Source of the DNA: an uncultured Candidatus Saccharibacteria bacterium | GTDB lineage: Bacteria; Patescibacteriota; UBA1384; CAYGGE01 | DNA: 64,000 bases | Direction of reading: 5' to 3' | Assembly (NCBI GenBank): GCA_964349485.1 | Contig: CAYGGE010000005.1 | Coordinates: forward strand, 3,483 to 67,482 | In this document: one piece after another, positions 9,792-19,887 of the stretch | Layout of the letters: each line of letters starts with the position of its first letter | Numbering within the stretch: the stretch's first letter is position 1 | The notes under the pieces: model-generated | Database searches by the model: none | Seen by the model: only the letters and a program-made list of their open reading frames with translations | Told to the model about the DNA's origin: nothing | Translations under genes and position numbers: made by a program

Positions 9792-10388
9792 TTAATTAGT
9801 CACTAGTTGCACGAATTTCACTTCCTTCGCAGGCAACACTAGTTCCGTCACCTGCCCCAACTCGCCGGCTGGACACTGAACCAGCATGGTCGGCCCCAAC
9901 TGCTTCGTATATTGCAATGAATGCATATGCCCAAACAAGTGCACTAGAGGCCCATGCGTCGGCACCTCTGCCTTGCGTGGTGGCACGTGGGTAATAAAGA
10001 TTGTCTTCTCATTAATAATCAAGTTATCCAACGACAGATCCTCAAACCCTGCCTCGTCCAGGTATCCAAAACTCCCTAAACCACATATATTGTAGCCTCG
10101 AAACTCCTTCGTCTCCAGATGAATATTGACGCCAATCTTACGAAAATACTCCCAAGCCTCCTGTGGCTCATTATTGCCATGCAAGGCAAACAAAGGCAGC
10201 GAATGCGTCTTCATAACCATCTCACAAAATGCCTCAACATATGGCATCTCAGAGGGCCGGTGGTTGATCAGATCCCCCAGCATCAGCACCGCATCATACG
10301 TTTTCTGGGATAACAAACTATCCACTCCAGTAAAAGCTTTCTTATTGGCGTGAAAATCGGTGGTAATGAGAAATGTTGTATACTGCAT
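9792..10388 (-). CDS. metallophosphoesterase (calcineurin-like, YfcE/MJ0936-like)
   Basis: DFHAN, GDLINH, HGNNE and GHMH metal-binding motifs. Confidence 0.7.
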   Translation of the reverse strand: MQYTTFLITTDFHANKKAFTGVDSLLSQKTYDAVLMLGDLINHRPSEMPYVEAFCEMVMKTHSLPLFALHGNNEPQEAWEYFRKIGVNIHLETKEFRGYNICGLGSFGYLDEAGFEDLSLDNLIINEKTIFITHVPPRKAEVPTHGPLVHLFGHMHSLQYTKQLGPTMLVQCPAGELGQVTELVLPAKEVKFVQLVTN

Positions 10389-10529
10389 GGTATGAGCATA
10401 ACGAGAAAACTATTTTAGAACAATGGGCGTCCATAAAATAAAGAAGCGGCGGGCCAGTCGTGGTGACCGTCCCGCCAAGTGCTTCCCCCATAGGCTGTTT
10501 TTGCCGCATGTTGCGGCGGTCGTGGGCGG

Positions 10530-11267
10530 CTAAGACTCCAGAGCCTTTTCTACCTCTTCAGCGATCGCGTCGACGGCTGTGACGGGGTTGGCCGCATTGG
10601 TGATCGCCCGGCCGATGACCAGGTAGTCGGCACCGTTTCGAATAGCAACACCTGGTGTTGCCAGCCTGATCTGATCTTGCGTATCGGTACCAGTCGGGCG
10701 GATGCCCGGAGTGATGATCAGAAACTCATGCCCGCAGTACCTGCGAATGGTCTGTACCTCATGTGGAGATGCGACTACCCCGTCGAGCCCGGAGTCCTGC
10801 GCCATTCCCGCGAGGATGCGTACGGTCGTTTCGACGCTTTGTTGATTGACCCCCATCCTCTGTAGGGCTTCTAGGTTGAGACTAGTCAGGATCGTAACAG
10901 CAATGACCAGCGAACGTTCACAACCTTCCATGTCCGCATAGTCCTTACTTGCCTTTGCCGCTGCCTCCATCGAAGCGATACCAGCCATCGCGTGGACATT
11001 CATGAGCCATGGCCGGAGTGCACAAGTCGATTTTACAGCTCTGGCGACGGTGGTCGGGATGTCCGAGAACTTTCCGTCGATGAAAATGCGACTGCCGCCG
11101 GCACTGGCATTCACGGTATTGACCCCTTGGGGACCACCCGAATATAGGAACTCGAGACCAAGCTTAAATGCACCGACTTGGTCAGATAGGGTACGCGCCC
11201 ATCGACAGGCCTGCCTTACGTCTGGTGTGTCGAGTGCGACGATGATCTTCTCTCCGCCTTTTCGCAT
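10530..11267 (-). CDS. pyrF: orotidine-5'-phosphate decarboxylase
   Basis: IIVALD, DGKFSDIPTTV (DxKxxDIxxT) and ITPGIR motifs. Confidence 0.8.
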   Translation of the reverse strand: MRKGGEKIIVALDTPDVRQACRWARTLSDQVGAFKLGLEFLYSGGPQGVNTVNASAGGSRIFIDGKFSDIPTTVARAVKSTCALRPWLMNVHAMAGIASMEAAAKASKDYADMEGCERSLVIAVTILTSLNLEALQRMGVNQQSVETTVRILAGMAQDSGLDGVVASPHEVQTIRRYCGHEFLIITPGIRPTGTDTQDQIRLATPGVAIRNGADYLVIGRAITNAANPVTAVDAIAEEVEKALES

Positions 11268-11748
11268 GTTTGTATTCCTAGGAACAAGTGGTCGACCGGT
11301 TACTAAAAACTCCCGGAATCACTCTGAGTATATACTAGACTTTTAAAGGCTGCTTGACAAACAATTAGCTAAAATGTACGTTATATGTACCTTAACAACT
11401 AATAAAACTGTTGACCTCGGTCTCCGTAACATGCGGAGGTTGGGCCGAGCGAGGTGGTCTTTGCGCAAGTGAAGACTCGGCTGCCCCCGTAATCATGGGC
11501 TATATCTGCTGTCGGTCCACCGTAGCTTTACGTGAAGGTGGGTGTCTGAGTCAGTGAGTGTCGATCTTTTTTTGTAGGATCGAAAACGGGGTGGTACCAC
11601 GGAAAGCAAATGTCTCTCTCGCTATGCTCGAGATAAAGCTCTTCGTCCCTTTACTAGATATTTTTTCTAGTCAACGGATGAGGAGCTTTTTTGTTTTCTT
11701 GATTCTCGGTGGTGTCGGTCTTGGGGGTGCAAGTGAAAGGAGAAGGGA

Positions 11749-12045
11749 ATGGATCAGCCAGTGTTCTGTGCGCTTTGCAAGGGAAATAGCTTTCAGGTGG
11801 TGGACGAGGGTTATCCTTTCGCCTACTGTCTAACCGATGAGTGTGAAAAGACGTATGTGAAGGATGGGGATTGTTGGGTACCGACCATCGAGACATCGAA
11901 GGTCGGTGAGCCCGATCAAGTCCAACCGAGTGGCTGGAAAGACAATCCCGAACCTGTTGTCAGTCATCGCCGCCGTGGGGTTCCGGCCGGCAGTATGTTT
12001 GGCCACCCAAAGCAACATCCCCAGGGAGGATGGGGGAACCACTAA
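11749..12045 (+). CDS. small Cys-rich (zinc-ribbon-like) hypothetical protein
   Basis: Strong RBS GAAAGGAGAAGGGA upstream of the ATG. Cysteines are arranged CxxC...C(x4)C. No family recognised. Confidence 0.4.
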   Translation: MDQPVFCALCKGNSFQVVDEGYPFAYCLTDECEKTYVKDGDCWVPTIETSKVGEPDQVQPSGWKDNPEPVVSHRRRGVPAGSMFGHPKQHPQGGWGNH

Positions 12046-12110
12046 ATTTGAGTGGATCGACTGTTGTCGAGAAGGTCGTTCGCGAGTGCGCGGGCGGCCT
12101 TTTCGCTTTA

Positions 12111-12142
12111 CAGGGTATGACCCTGCGCAGGGTCATACCCTG
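12111..12142. promoter_or_regulatory. perfect 32-nt palindrome CAGGGTATGACCCTG-cg-CAGGGTCATACCCTG
   Basis: Read directly from the sequence. It lies 66 nt after the small-ORF stop and 11 nt upstream of the predicted der -35. Confidence 0.6.
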
Positions 12143-12152
12143 TATGGTATTA

Positions 12153-12181
12153 TTGACGTACACCATATTTTCAGGTATAGT
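12153..12181 (+). promoter_or_regulatory. sigma-70-like promoter for der (-35 TTGACG, 17-nt spacer, -10 TATAGT)
   Basis: Motifs read from the sequence; the -10 ends 19 nt before the der ATG at 12201. Confidence 0.5.
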
Positions 12182-12200
12182 AAACCGTCTGGAGAACTGC

Positions 12201-13316
12201 ATGTCCAAAAGACCCATTGTTGCCATCATCGGCCGGCCAAATGTCGGTAAATCAAGCCTATTCAATCGTTTTGCCAAGAAGCGCACCGCGATTGTTTCGG
12301 CGAAGAGTGGCACGACTCGGGATCGGTTATATACCACTGTTATGCTCGATACAGTAGCTGTCGATCTCATCGATACGGCCGGTCTATCTAAGGATCTCGA
12401 TGAATTGAACTTTGGTCATGAGATGTTAGAACAGGTTCAGCAGGCTGTTTCTGAGGCAGACGCCTTAATTTTCGTACTCGACGCCCACAGTGGTTTCACG
12501 GCCGAAGATCACCAGCTAGCGGAAATCATCCGTAAGGCTCAGACACCAACCATTGTCTACGTCAACAAAGTTGATAACCTTGAGGGGACGATCGACGAGA
12601 AGCTACTCTCAACTGGTATTGGTACGACCCTGACTGGCTCACTTGTGCAACGACGGGGCCTCAATGAACTTCGTACCGCTGTCGAACTGCTTGTGAAAGA
12701 CGTGCCCTCTGAACCGATGGATTTAACCAGTCCGATTGATCATCCACCGCGAATCGCTTTAGTTGGTCGACCAAACGTTGGGAAATCGACATTGTTTAAT
12801 GCTCTTTTGGGCTACGAACGAGTGATCGTGAGTGACATACCTGGTACGACGCGAGATACAATTGATACCGAACTTAAACTTGAATCAGGGGAGCGATTTA
12901 TTATTACCGACACCGCCGGTCTACGTCGACGAGGTAAGATTGGCCGAGCTGAAAAAGTTGAACAGTATAGTGTACTACGGACATTACGAGCGATCGACGA
13001 ATCCGACCTTGTTCTCTTAGTAGTCGATTCGTCAGAAGGTCTAACTCGTGGTGATGTCCATGTGGCGATGTATGCGATTGAACAAAAAAAACAGCTCATC
13101 ACTGTTTTTAATAAGACTGATCTCGTCGATCCCAAGCAAGTAAATTTCCATCGATTTCCGTTCCTTAAACGTCGACCGATGATCTTTGTCTCGGCCATGG
13201 AAGGGACGTTTATCGACCAGCTGCTTTTACAGATTGTTGACCTACTCCATAATCAGCACCAAACACTAAACCAAAATTATTCACCGGAAAAACCACCAAC
13301 ATCGCCCGACCGATAA
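12201..13316 (+). CDS. der: ribosome-associated GTPase Der/EngA (two tandem GTPase domains)
   Basis: Two G1 motifs GRPNVGKSSLFN and GRPNVGKSTLFN, each followed by DTAG. Start trimmed to the ATG at 12201. Confidence 0.85.
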   Translation: MSKRPIVAIIGRPNVGKSSLFNRFAKKRTAIVSAKSGTTRDRLYTTVMLDTVAVDLIDTAGLSKDLDELNFGHEMLEQVQQAVSEADALIFVLDAHSGFTAEDHQLAEIIRKAQTPTIVYVNKVDNLEGTIDEKLLSTGIGTTLTGSLVQRRGLNELRTAVELLVKDVPSEPMDLTSPIDHPPRIALVGRPNVGKSTLFNALLGYERVIVSDIPGTTRDTIDTELKLESGERFIITDTAGLRRRGKIGRAEKVEQYSVLRTLRAIDESDLVLLVVDSSEGLTRGDVHVAMYAIEQKKQLITVFNKTDLVDPKQVNFHRFPFLKRRPMIFVSAMEGTFIDQLLLQIVDLLHNQHQTLNQNYSPEKPPTSPDR

Positions 13317-13788
13317 TGTTCTCTCTGGGAACCATGCCCCATTCACGTGAATCACTAGAGTGATCTCTGTTATCGCCTAACACAAAGTACTCGGTTTCAC
13401 CGAGTAATTGTGAGAAGTTTGCGGCCTGTGTATGTTTAACCAGAGTCAGTTCTTTAGGTATATACTGTTCATCGATTTTGGCTTGGTTAACAAAGATCTC
13501 GCCACTACGAATATCGATTTTCTCACCAGGCAAAGCAATAATCCGTTTGATGTAGTTTAGCTGTGGTGAGCTCGGCGGATGTAAGACGATCACGTCGCCC
13601 CGCTTAGGTGGGTTAAGGCGATAGGAGATTTTATCAACGAGCAGATACTCCCCGTTATGAAAGTTTGGCTCCATACTCGAACCTTCCACGACGAATGGCT
13701 GAACCAAATAGAAGCGCACAAAAAAAGCGACTAACACAATAATCGCAACTGTTTTCAGAAACTCTAGTATTGAGCTTACTGTTTGCAT
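13210..13788 (-). CDS. lepB: signal peptidase I
   Basis: N-terminal TM then GSSMEPNF (catalytic Ser) and the GDNRDHSSDSREWG box. Start trimmed to the ATG at 13788. Confidence 0.85.
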   Translation of the reverse strand: MQTVSSILEFLKTVAIIVLVAFFVRFYLVQPFVVEGSSMEPNFHNGEYLLVDKISYRLNPPKRGDVIVLHPPSSPQLNYIKRIIALPGEKIDIRSGEIFVNQAKIDEQYIPKELTLVKHTQAANFSQLLGETEYFVLGDNRDHSSDSREWGMVPRENIIGRAMLVVFPVNNFGLVFGADYGVGQQSVKAAGR

Positions 13789-13854
13789 ACTTCTCTCTCT
13801 TAATGAGTTGAACATCATTATTATACAGGAGAGTAAGGGATATTTCAATCGTGT

Positions 13855-13931
13855 TGGTGGGCATTAGTGGACTCGAACCACTGACCTCTGCAATGTGAAT
13901 GCAGCGCTCTAACCAGCTGAGCTAAATGCCC
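13855..13931 (-). tRNA. tRNA-Val (anticodon CAC), CCA encoded
   Basis: Reverse complement has acceptor gggcatt/aatgccc, anticodon loop ttcacat and T-loop ttcgagt. Confidence 0.85.
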
Positions 13932-13980
13932 ATTTGTTCCAAAGTGCCTGCTCTGCGTAACTATAGTGACAAGGAGGGGG

Positions 13981-15711
13981 TTAGGCCTGCTTGCTCCTTG
14001 GATAACCCTTCTTACCCTTTTCTAGCCCTAGAAGCAAGCTATCACGACGCTTTTTGATATAGCGTAGATGCTTATCGCGTTCTTTGATAAATTCGCTTAG
14101 ATCAAACCCATTACGATGAATGAGCTCACTGGTGTGGTTGGTACTTATATAATGGGGCATCATGACGTAGGTTGCACCGGCATCATACAGAGCCGCCGCA
14201 TCTTCGATCAGATCTGACTTGACGATGACAATTGCATGTTTCGATACATGACGAACTTGTTTGGTTAAGATTAGGTTAGCCTCAAAGTCACTCATGGTCG
14301 AGATAATCAATTTTGTTTTAGCCAGATTGAGCTCACTCAAGAACTCATTGTCATTGGCATCGCCGTAAAGGCAATCGATTCCGCTGTTAGTTAGACCCTC
14401 GATGACTTCTGGATTATAGTCAACGACTAAGAAAGAACTCTTTAACTGTTTAAAGGAGTGAATTAAGTCCTCACCGACATGATGATAGCCAAACAGAATT
14501 GCCTCATAGTTCTCATCGTTTTTCTGCTCTGAGATGCTACTTCGCTTCTCGAATATGCCCAGATAAGGAGATAGTAACCCATACAGCACGTTGGCGTAGA
14601 TGATCATGTAGGTTGAGACCGCGATGGTGATTAGGCCCACGACCGTCACCAAGGTCACTGCATCGTCATTGATTTGACCGTGACGATTGGCTAAGACAAT
14701 GAGGATCAATGAGAACTCGCTAATTTGAGCAACCGTCAGACCAGCTTTAAAGCCGGTCTTCTTGTTGTAACCTAAAATTCGCATGAGAATCATGATAATT
14801 AGGGGGTTACCAATGATCACAAAAAGCGAAAACAGGATGGCTGGCGCGATGACCACGCCGATATGATCGAACGACAATCTAGAACCAAGTAAGATGAAAA
14901 ACAGTACTATAAAGAAATCGCGTAGCGGTCGAAGTCGTGAACTAATCTCGTAGGTATAGGGGGAGGTTGCCATGGCCACACCAGCAAACAGGGCGCCGAT
15001 CTCGATCGAGAAACCGACAACTTGGAAGAGTGAAGCGATGCCTAAACCCCAACTGATGGCAAATAAGAACAAAAATTCAGGTGATCGAGCAAAGAAACCG
15101 GTTAGTTTAGGTAAGCCGAAAGTGACTGTTGCTAAGAGTAGGGCGACTAGGGCTAGTCCCTCGAGAAGAGTGGCTAGCAGCATAATTGGGATATTCGTTT
15201 CCCCAGTGACCGACGAGACGATAATAAGGATTAAAGTTGCTACGATATCTTGAACTAACAAGAAACCGATCGAAATTTTGCCATATAAACGACCTAGATC
15301 CTTCTTATCTGACAGTAACTTCATCACAATGATCGTGCTACTAAAGGTCAGGGCAATGGCAATATAGGCCGATGTTGTAGTATCGAATCCTAAACCACGA
15401 CCGATAAAGAAACCGATCACTGTGGTAAAGATAATTTGGCCTAAACCAGTGACTAACGCGACGCGACCGACTTCTTTGATTACTGCGGGTCTAAGGTTGA
15501 GGCCGATAATAAAGAGCAACAAAGCGATGCCGATTTGGGCGAAAATATCGAACAATTCTGTCGAATGGGCAATATTTAGTAGTTGTGGGCCAACGATCAG
15601 CCCGGTAATGATGTGGCCGATAATAATCGGTTGTCTGGCCGCATGCATAAAACCAGCAATGATCGTCGCAATGATGATTATTAGGCTAAGTTCGAGGAAG
15701 ATGCTATCCAA
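13981..15711 (-). CDS. monovalent cation:proton antiporter (CPA2/Kef-type) with C-terminal RCK/TrkA-N domain
   Basis: About 12 TM helices, then FLVVDYNPEVIEGL...GDAND, a Rossmann-like RCK domain. Confidence 0.75.
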   Translation of the reverse strand: MDSIFLELSLIIIIATIIAGFMHAARQPIIIGHIITGLIVGPQLLNIAHSTELFDIFAQIGIALLLFIIGLNLRPAVIKEVGRVALVTGLGQIIFTTVIGFFIGRGLGFDTTTSAYIAIALTFSSTIIVMKLLSDKKDLGRLYGKISIGFLLVQDIVATLILIIVSSVTGETNIPIMLLATLLEGLALVALLLATVTFGLPKLTGFFARSPEFLFLFAISWGLGIASLFQVVGFSIEIGALFAGVAMATSPYTYEISSRLRPLRDFFIVLFFILLGSRLSFDHIGVVIAPAILFSLFVIIGNPLIIMILMRILGYNKKTGFKAGLTVAQISEFSLILIVLANRHGQINDDAVTLVTVVGLITIAVSTYMIIYANVLYGLLSPYLGIFEKRSSISEQKNDENYEAILFGYHHVGEDLIHSFKQLKSSFLVVDYNPEVIEGLTNSGIDCLYGDANDNEFLSELNLAKTKLIISTMSDFEANLILTKQVRHVSKHAIVIVKSDLIEDAAALYDAGATYVMMPHYISTNHTSELIHRNGFDLSEFIKERDKHLRYIKKRRDSLLLGLEKGKKGYPRSKQA

Positions 15712-15844
15712 AAAACCCCCTCCAAAAAATTGTTTCCTTTAGTATAGCAAGTCACGATAAAATAGTCATTTATAATCGACCTTAGCAGGCTTGACCTTCT
15801 ACTCTGTTCGTGCTACGGTCTGTCTTGATTGAGAGGAAAAGTTA

Positions 15845-16105
15845 ATGCCTACTTTTCAGAAATCACTTCTTTTAACGGTTCAGCTTGCCGGTCATCTGGC
15901 TTACATGGTTCTTATCCCAATAGTGATATTCGGTGGCTTGGGCCTCATTGCTGATCGGCGCTTCGGAACAACGCCTTTGTACATCTTGATTGGCATCGGT
16001 GCAGCCTTCGTCTCTACCCTTTACTGGATGAAAGTGCGCCTGCGTGAGATAATCATATCAATTCTAAAAGAACCATGGACTAAGGTATTGCCAGACAAAG
16101 ACTGA
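15845..16105 (+). CDS. small membrane protein, AtpI/AtpZ-like, preceding the ATP synthase genes
   Basis: Two-TM 86-aa protein immediately upstream of atpB; the position is typical of atpI/atpZ. Confidence 0.45.
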   Translation: MPTFQKSLLLTVQLAGHLAYMVLIPIVIFGGLGLIADRRFGTTPLYILIGIGAAFVSTLYWMKVRLREIIISILKEPWTKVLPDKD

Positions 16106-16119
16106 TTCCAGATATCGCT

Positions 16120-16947
16120 ATGCATATTTCCCTCGCTGCAGAAACCATTTTTAATCTTTTCGGCTTTCCCATCACCAACTCAATGATCATGACATGGGTG
16201 ACGATGGTGGTGTTGACTGTGCTTGGCTTTTTTGCTGGTCGTAACCCCAAGGCAGTTCCTGGTATGCTTCAAAACGCACTGGAAGCAGTTATGGAATATG
16301 CGATGGGCTTGACTGATAGCATTCTTCAAGATAAAGCCTTAACTAAACGAGTCTTTCCGTTAGCAGCGACCTTTTTCTTGCTCATCGTTCTCTCTAACTG
16401 GCTCGGCTTATTGCCCGGAGTCGGAACGATCGGTTTTGAGCAGGTAGAACATGGCAAGACAGTCTTGACGCCTCTTTTACGAGCCACTAACGCCGATATT
16501 AACTCAACCTTAAGCTGGGCAATCATCTCAATCGTGATGGTTCAGGTGTTGGGAGTTATGAGCCTCGGCGCGGTGAGCTACTTTAGCAAGTTCCTTAACT
16601 TCAAAGCTTTATTTAGTGGTACGACCGAAGGGCCGATCAACTTTGGGGTAGGCCTACTAGAGATCTTTGGTGAGATATCCAAGATCGTCTCCTTTTCTTT
16701 CCGGTTGTTTGGTAATGTCTTTGCTGGTGAAGTTTTGCTAACAGTTATTGCTTTCCTTGTCCCCTATGTCGCGCCATTACCGTTTTACATGCTTGAGCTA
16801 TTCGTTGGCCTAATACAAGGTGTGGTCTTTACCACGCTGACTTTGGTCTTTATTAAGATTGCCACGATTAGCCATGGTCACGAGCACGATGATGTATCGA
16901 GTAGCAAGTATCATGTATCAGGCGAGACGGTCGGTGAATCTGCTTGA
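16120..16947 (+). CDS. atpB: F0F1 ATP synthase subunit a
   Basis: The RLFGNVFAGE motif, including the essential Arg. Confidence 0.9.
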   Translation: MHISLAAETIFNLFGFPITNSMIMTWVTMVVLTVLGFFAGRNPKAVPGMLQNALEAVMEYAMGLTDSILQDKALTKRVFPLAATFFLLIVLSNWLGLLPGVGTIGFEQVEHGKTVLTPLLRATNADINSTLSWAIISIVMVQVLGVMSLGAVSYFSKFLNFKALFSGTTEGPINFGVGLLEIFGEISKIVSFSFRLFGNVFAGEVLLTVIAFLVPYVAPLPFYMLELFVGLIQGVVFTTLTLVFIKIATISHGHEHDDVSSSKYHVSGETVGESA

Positions 16948-16991
16948 TACCTTATGCTTGATACCTAATACTAAGTAAGAAAGGAGTCATT

Positions 16992-17219
16992 ATGACCCCA
17001 GAAGCAGTCCAAAACCTCGCAGTGGCTATTGCCATTGCAATCGGTGCCGCCATGCCAGCCTTGGCAATCGGCATGATTGGCAAAGCTGGTCTTGAAGCGA
17101 TGGGACGCAACCCAGAAGCCGCCGGCTCTGTCCAGACCGCCATGGTCTTGGCCATCGCCTTTGCTGAAGCCATCGCGATCTACGCGTTGGTTGTTGCGCT
17201 TGTCTTGAAGTTCGTCTAA
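16992..17219 (+). CDS. atpE: F0F1 ATP synthase subunit c
   Basis: 75-aa hairpin GAAMPALAIGMIGKAGLEAMGRNPEA...AFAEAIAIYALVVALVL with the carboxylate at AEA. Confidence 0.9.
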   Translation: MTPEAVQNLAVAIAIAIGAAMPALAIGMIGKAGLEAMGRNPEAAGSVQTAMVLAIAFAEAIAIYALVVALVLKFV

Positions 17220-17283
17220 GCTTCATGAGCGGATCCTGATACTCGGGATTCGCCATGAGTACTAGACAAGAAAAGGGATTACT

Positions 17284-17958
17284 ATGCAAATCGCACCGAC
17301 TACCGAAGCTCATACCGACGAATCGGCCGTTGATCAGCCAACACAAGCCCAGACGCTGCCTGCCGATCAGTTCACTCAAGACGATCTGACTAATGCTGCT
17401 AGCTCGACAGCTGATGCTCATACGATCGCGCTTACTACGCAAGCCAAACCAACTGGTATCGCTGCCGGCCTTGAGGCGCTTGGCTTAGATGGCAAGCTCT
17501 TGGCCGCTCAGATCGTCAACTTCATCATCTTGTTGTTGATTTTGCGAAAGTTTCTCTATAAGCCGTTAGTCGGCATGCTCGAGAAACGGCGTGAAACGAT
17601 TGAATCCGGCATGAACAAGGCCGAGGAGATCGAAAAGCGCTATGCCGATTTTCAAGTTGACCATGCCAAGCGGATCGAGGAGTCGAAAGCTGAATCTGCT
17701 TCCATGATCGAACAGGCTAAGCAAGCGGCTGAGGCAATGCGTCAGGATACTCTGGCGAAGACGCAGGCTGAGTCTGAAGCATTACTGGCCAGAGCTAAAG
17801 ATGAGATCGACCGGAGTAAAGAGAAGATGCTTCAGGAACTGAAGCAAGAAGTTGGTTCGCTCGTTATTACCCTTACCAGTAAAGTCATTGGTAAAACCTT
17901 AGGTAAAGATGAGCAAGACAAGCTGGTTAAAGAAGCCATGAGTGAGGTCAACAAGTGA
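17284..17958 (+). CDS. atpF: F0F1 ATP synthase subunit b, with a ~60-aa low-complexity N-terminal extension
   Basis: Single TM followed by a long charged coiled coil, located between atpE and atpH. Confidence 0.8.
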   Translation: MQIAPTTEAHTDESAVDQPTQAQTLPADQFTQDDLTNAASSTADAHTIALTTQAKPTGIAAGLEALGLDGKLLAAQIVNFIILLLILRKFLYKPLVGMLEKRRETIESGMNKAEEIEKRYADFQVDHAKRIEESKAESASMIEQAKQAAEAMRQDTLAKTQAESEALLARAKDEIDRSKEKMLQELKQEVGSLVITLTSKVIGKTLGKDEQDKLVKEAMSEVNK

Positions 17959-18350
17959 AGATAGCGGTTACTGATTACGCCAAGGCGCTCTACGAACTGG
18001 TTTCAGACAAACCAGAAGTCGCCAAACAGACGATTGGGCGGTTTGTTGGTGCATTGCGCCGTCAAGGTAAGAGCAAGCTGCTGCCGAGCATTCTAGCTGA
18101 ACTTTCTCGAGTTGAAGCTAAGCAGTCGGGTCAGTTGACCATGACTGTGACCAGTCCTTCGGCTCTTTCGGGTGAACAGCATGCTGCTTTGAGGGCAGCA
18201 GTTACATCGGCTCACCCCAACCTTAAATCTGTCGACATCGAGGAGCTGATAGACCCGAGCATCTTAGGCGGGATTAAAGTTAAAATCGGCGATTCAATCA
18301 TCGATCACACGATTCAAACCAAACTAAATATTCTGGCAGCGAAATTATAG
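17955..18350 (+). CDS. atpH: F0F1 ATP synthase subunit delta (short, 131 aa)
   Basis: Position in the operon and the OSCP-like C-terminus ...[15 protein letters not shown]. Overlaps atpF by 4 nt. Confidence 0.7.
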   Translation: MKIAVTDYAKALYELVSDKPEVAKQTIGRFVGALRRQGKSKLLPSILAELSRVEAKQSGQLTMTVTSPSALSGEQHAALRAAVTSAHPNLKSVDIEELIDPSILGGIKVKIGDSIIDHTIQTKLNILAAKL

Positions 18351-18361
18351 CGGAGGCAACG

Positions 18362-19864
18362 ATGGATAAAAATTCAGTAGTTGATTTAATTAAACGAGAA
18401 ATTGAAGCGCTCGACACCAAGCCCCTTGAGGCCAAAGTCGGCACCGTTCTCGAAGTCGGCGACGGTATTGCTCGCGTCGATGGTCTAGGCAGCGCCATGT
18501 ACTCAGAGATGGTCGAGTTTAGCGATGGCACGAGCGGGGTGGTGCTTAACCTTGAAGAAGACTTTGTTGGTGTAGTCATTCTCGGTGAAGATGTCGGTAT
18601 CGCTGCCGGCAGTGAAGTCCGTCTGACCGGTCGACTACTCGAAGTCCCGGTTGGAGATGAACTGGTCGGCCGTGTAGTCAATGCCCTTGGTGAACCGATC
18701 GACGGCAAGGGTGACCTGAAAGCCAAGCAGACCAGTCCGGTCGAAAAGATTGCTCCGGGTGTCATCACCCGTCAATCGGTCAATACACCCCTTCAAACCG
18801 GTGTTAAAGCCATCGATGCCATGATCCCGATTGGTCGCGGTCAACGTGAACTAATTATCGGCGACAGGCAAACCGGTAAGACCGCTATTGCTATCGATAC
18901 TATTATTAACCAAAAAGATAAAGGTGTGGTCTGTATTTATGTCGCTATTGGTCAGAAAGAATCCAAGATTGCCAAGATTGTGGCTAGACTCGAAGAGGCA
19001 GGGGCCATGGCCAACACTATCGTTGTCTCAGCTGGTGCCTCCGATCCGGCCGCCTTATGGTTCCTGGCGCCGTTTGCCGGGACGAGCATGGGTGAGTTCT
19101 TCCGCGACAATGGTAAAGATGCCTTGATTGTCTACGATGATCTTTCTAAACAAGCTTGGGCTTACCGACAGATCTCTCTCTTGCTGCGAAGGCCACCTGG
19201 ACGTGAAGCGTACCCTGGTGACGTTTTTTACCTCCACTCACGACTGCTTGAACGAGCGGCAAGTTTGAACAAAGATTTCGGTGGTGGTACCCTGACGGCT
19301 TTGCCAATTATCGAAACCCAAGCCGGCGATATCTCAGCCTACATCCCAACCAACGTTATCTCGATCACCGACGGTCAGATCTTCCTTGAAACCGATCTGT
19401 TCTACCAGGGTGTCCGGCCGGCTATTAACGTCGGTAACTCAGTCTCTCGGGTTGGTGGTTCAGCTCAGATTAAGTCGATGAAAAAAGTTGCTGGGAAGCT
19501 GCGTATCGAATTGGCTCAGTTTCGAGAGCTTCAGGCCTTCTCCCAATTTGCCACCGACCTTGATCCAGAAACTCGAGCCCGGATTGAGCGCGGTCGCCGG
19601 TTGACTGAGCTCATGAAGCAACCCCAATATGCCCCCATGCCGGTTGCCGAACAGGTAGCCGCCATCTATGCAGCGACCAACGGTTATCTCGACTCAATCG
19701 AAGTTTCAGAAGTCCAAGACGCCCAAACCAAACTCCTCGACGGCCTACGCAGTCAACATAAAGACCTGCTTAAGGCTTTAGTCGATGGCAACTGGGATGA
19801 GACTGAGCCGAAACTTAAGACAGCAATCGAAGCCATCCTTCCTGCAAAATCAGATAAAAACTAG
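18362..19864 (+). CDS. atpA: F0F1 ATP synthase subunit alpha
   Basis: GDRQTGKT P-loop and 500-aa alpha architecture. Confidence 0.95.
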   Translation: MDKNSVVDLIKREIEALDTKPLEAKVGTVLEVGDGIARVDGLGSAMYSEMVEFSDGTSGVVLNLEEDFVGVVILGEDVGIAAGSEVRLTGRLLEVPVGDELVGRVVNALGEPIDGKGDLKAKQTSPVEKIAPGVITRQSVNTPLQTGVKAIDAMIPIGRGQRELIIGDRQTGKTAIAIDTIINQKDKGVVCIYVAIGQKESKIAKIVARLEEAGAMANTIVVSAGASDPAALWFLAPFAGTSMGEFFRDNGKDALIVYDDLSKQAWAYRQISLLLRRPPGREAYPGDVFYLHSRLLERAASLNKDFGGGTLTALPIIETQAGDISAYIPTNVISITDGQIFLETDLFYQGVRPAINVGNSVSRVGGSAQIKSMKKVAGKLRIELAQFRELQAFSQFATDLDPETRARIERGRRLTELMKQPQYAPMPVAEQVAAIYAATNGYLDSIEVSEVQDAQTKLLDGLRSQHKDLLKALVDGNWDETEPKLKTAIEAILPAKSDKN

Positions 19865-19887
19865 CAATTAGCCACGAGCAATGAGAT

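Noticed and set aside
12111-12142. Classical Rho-independent terminator
   Set aside because: The perfect hairpin is followed by tatggtatt rather than a U-tract, so it is kept as a palindrome or regulatory element only.
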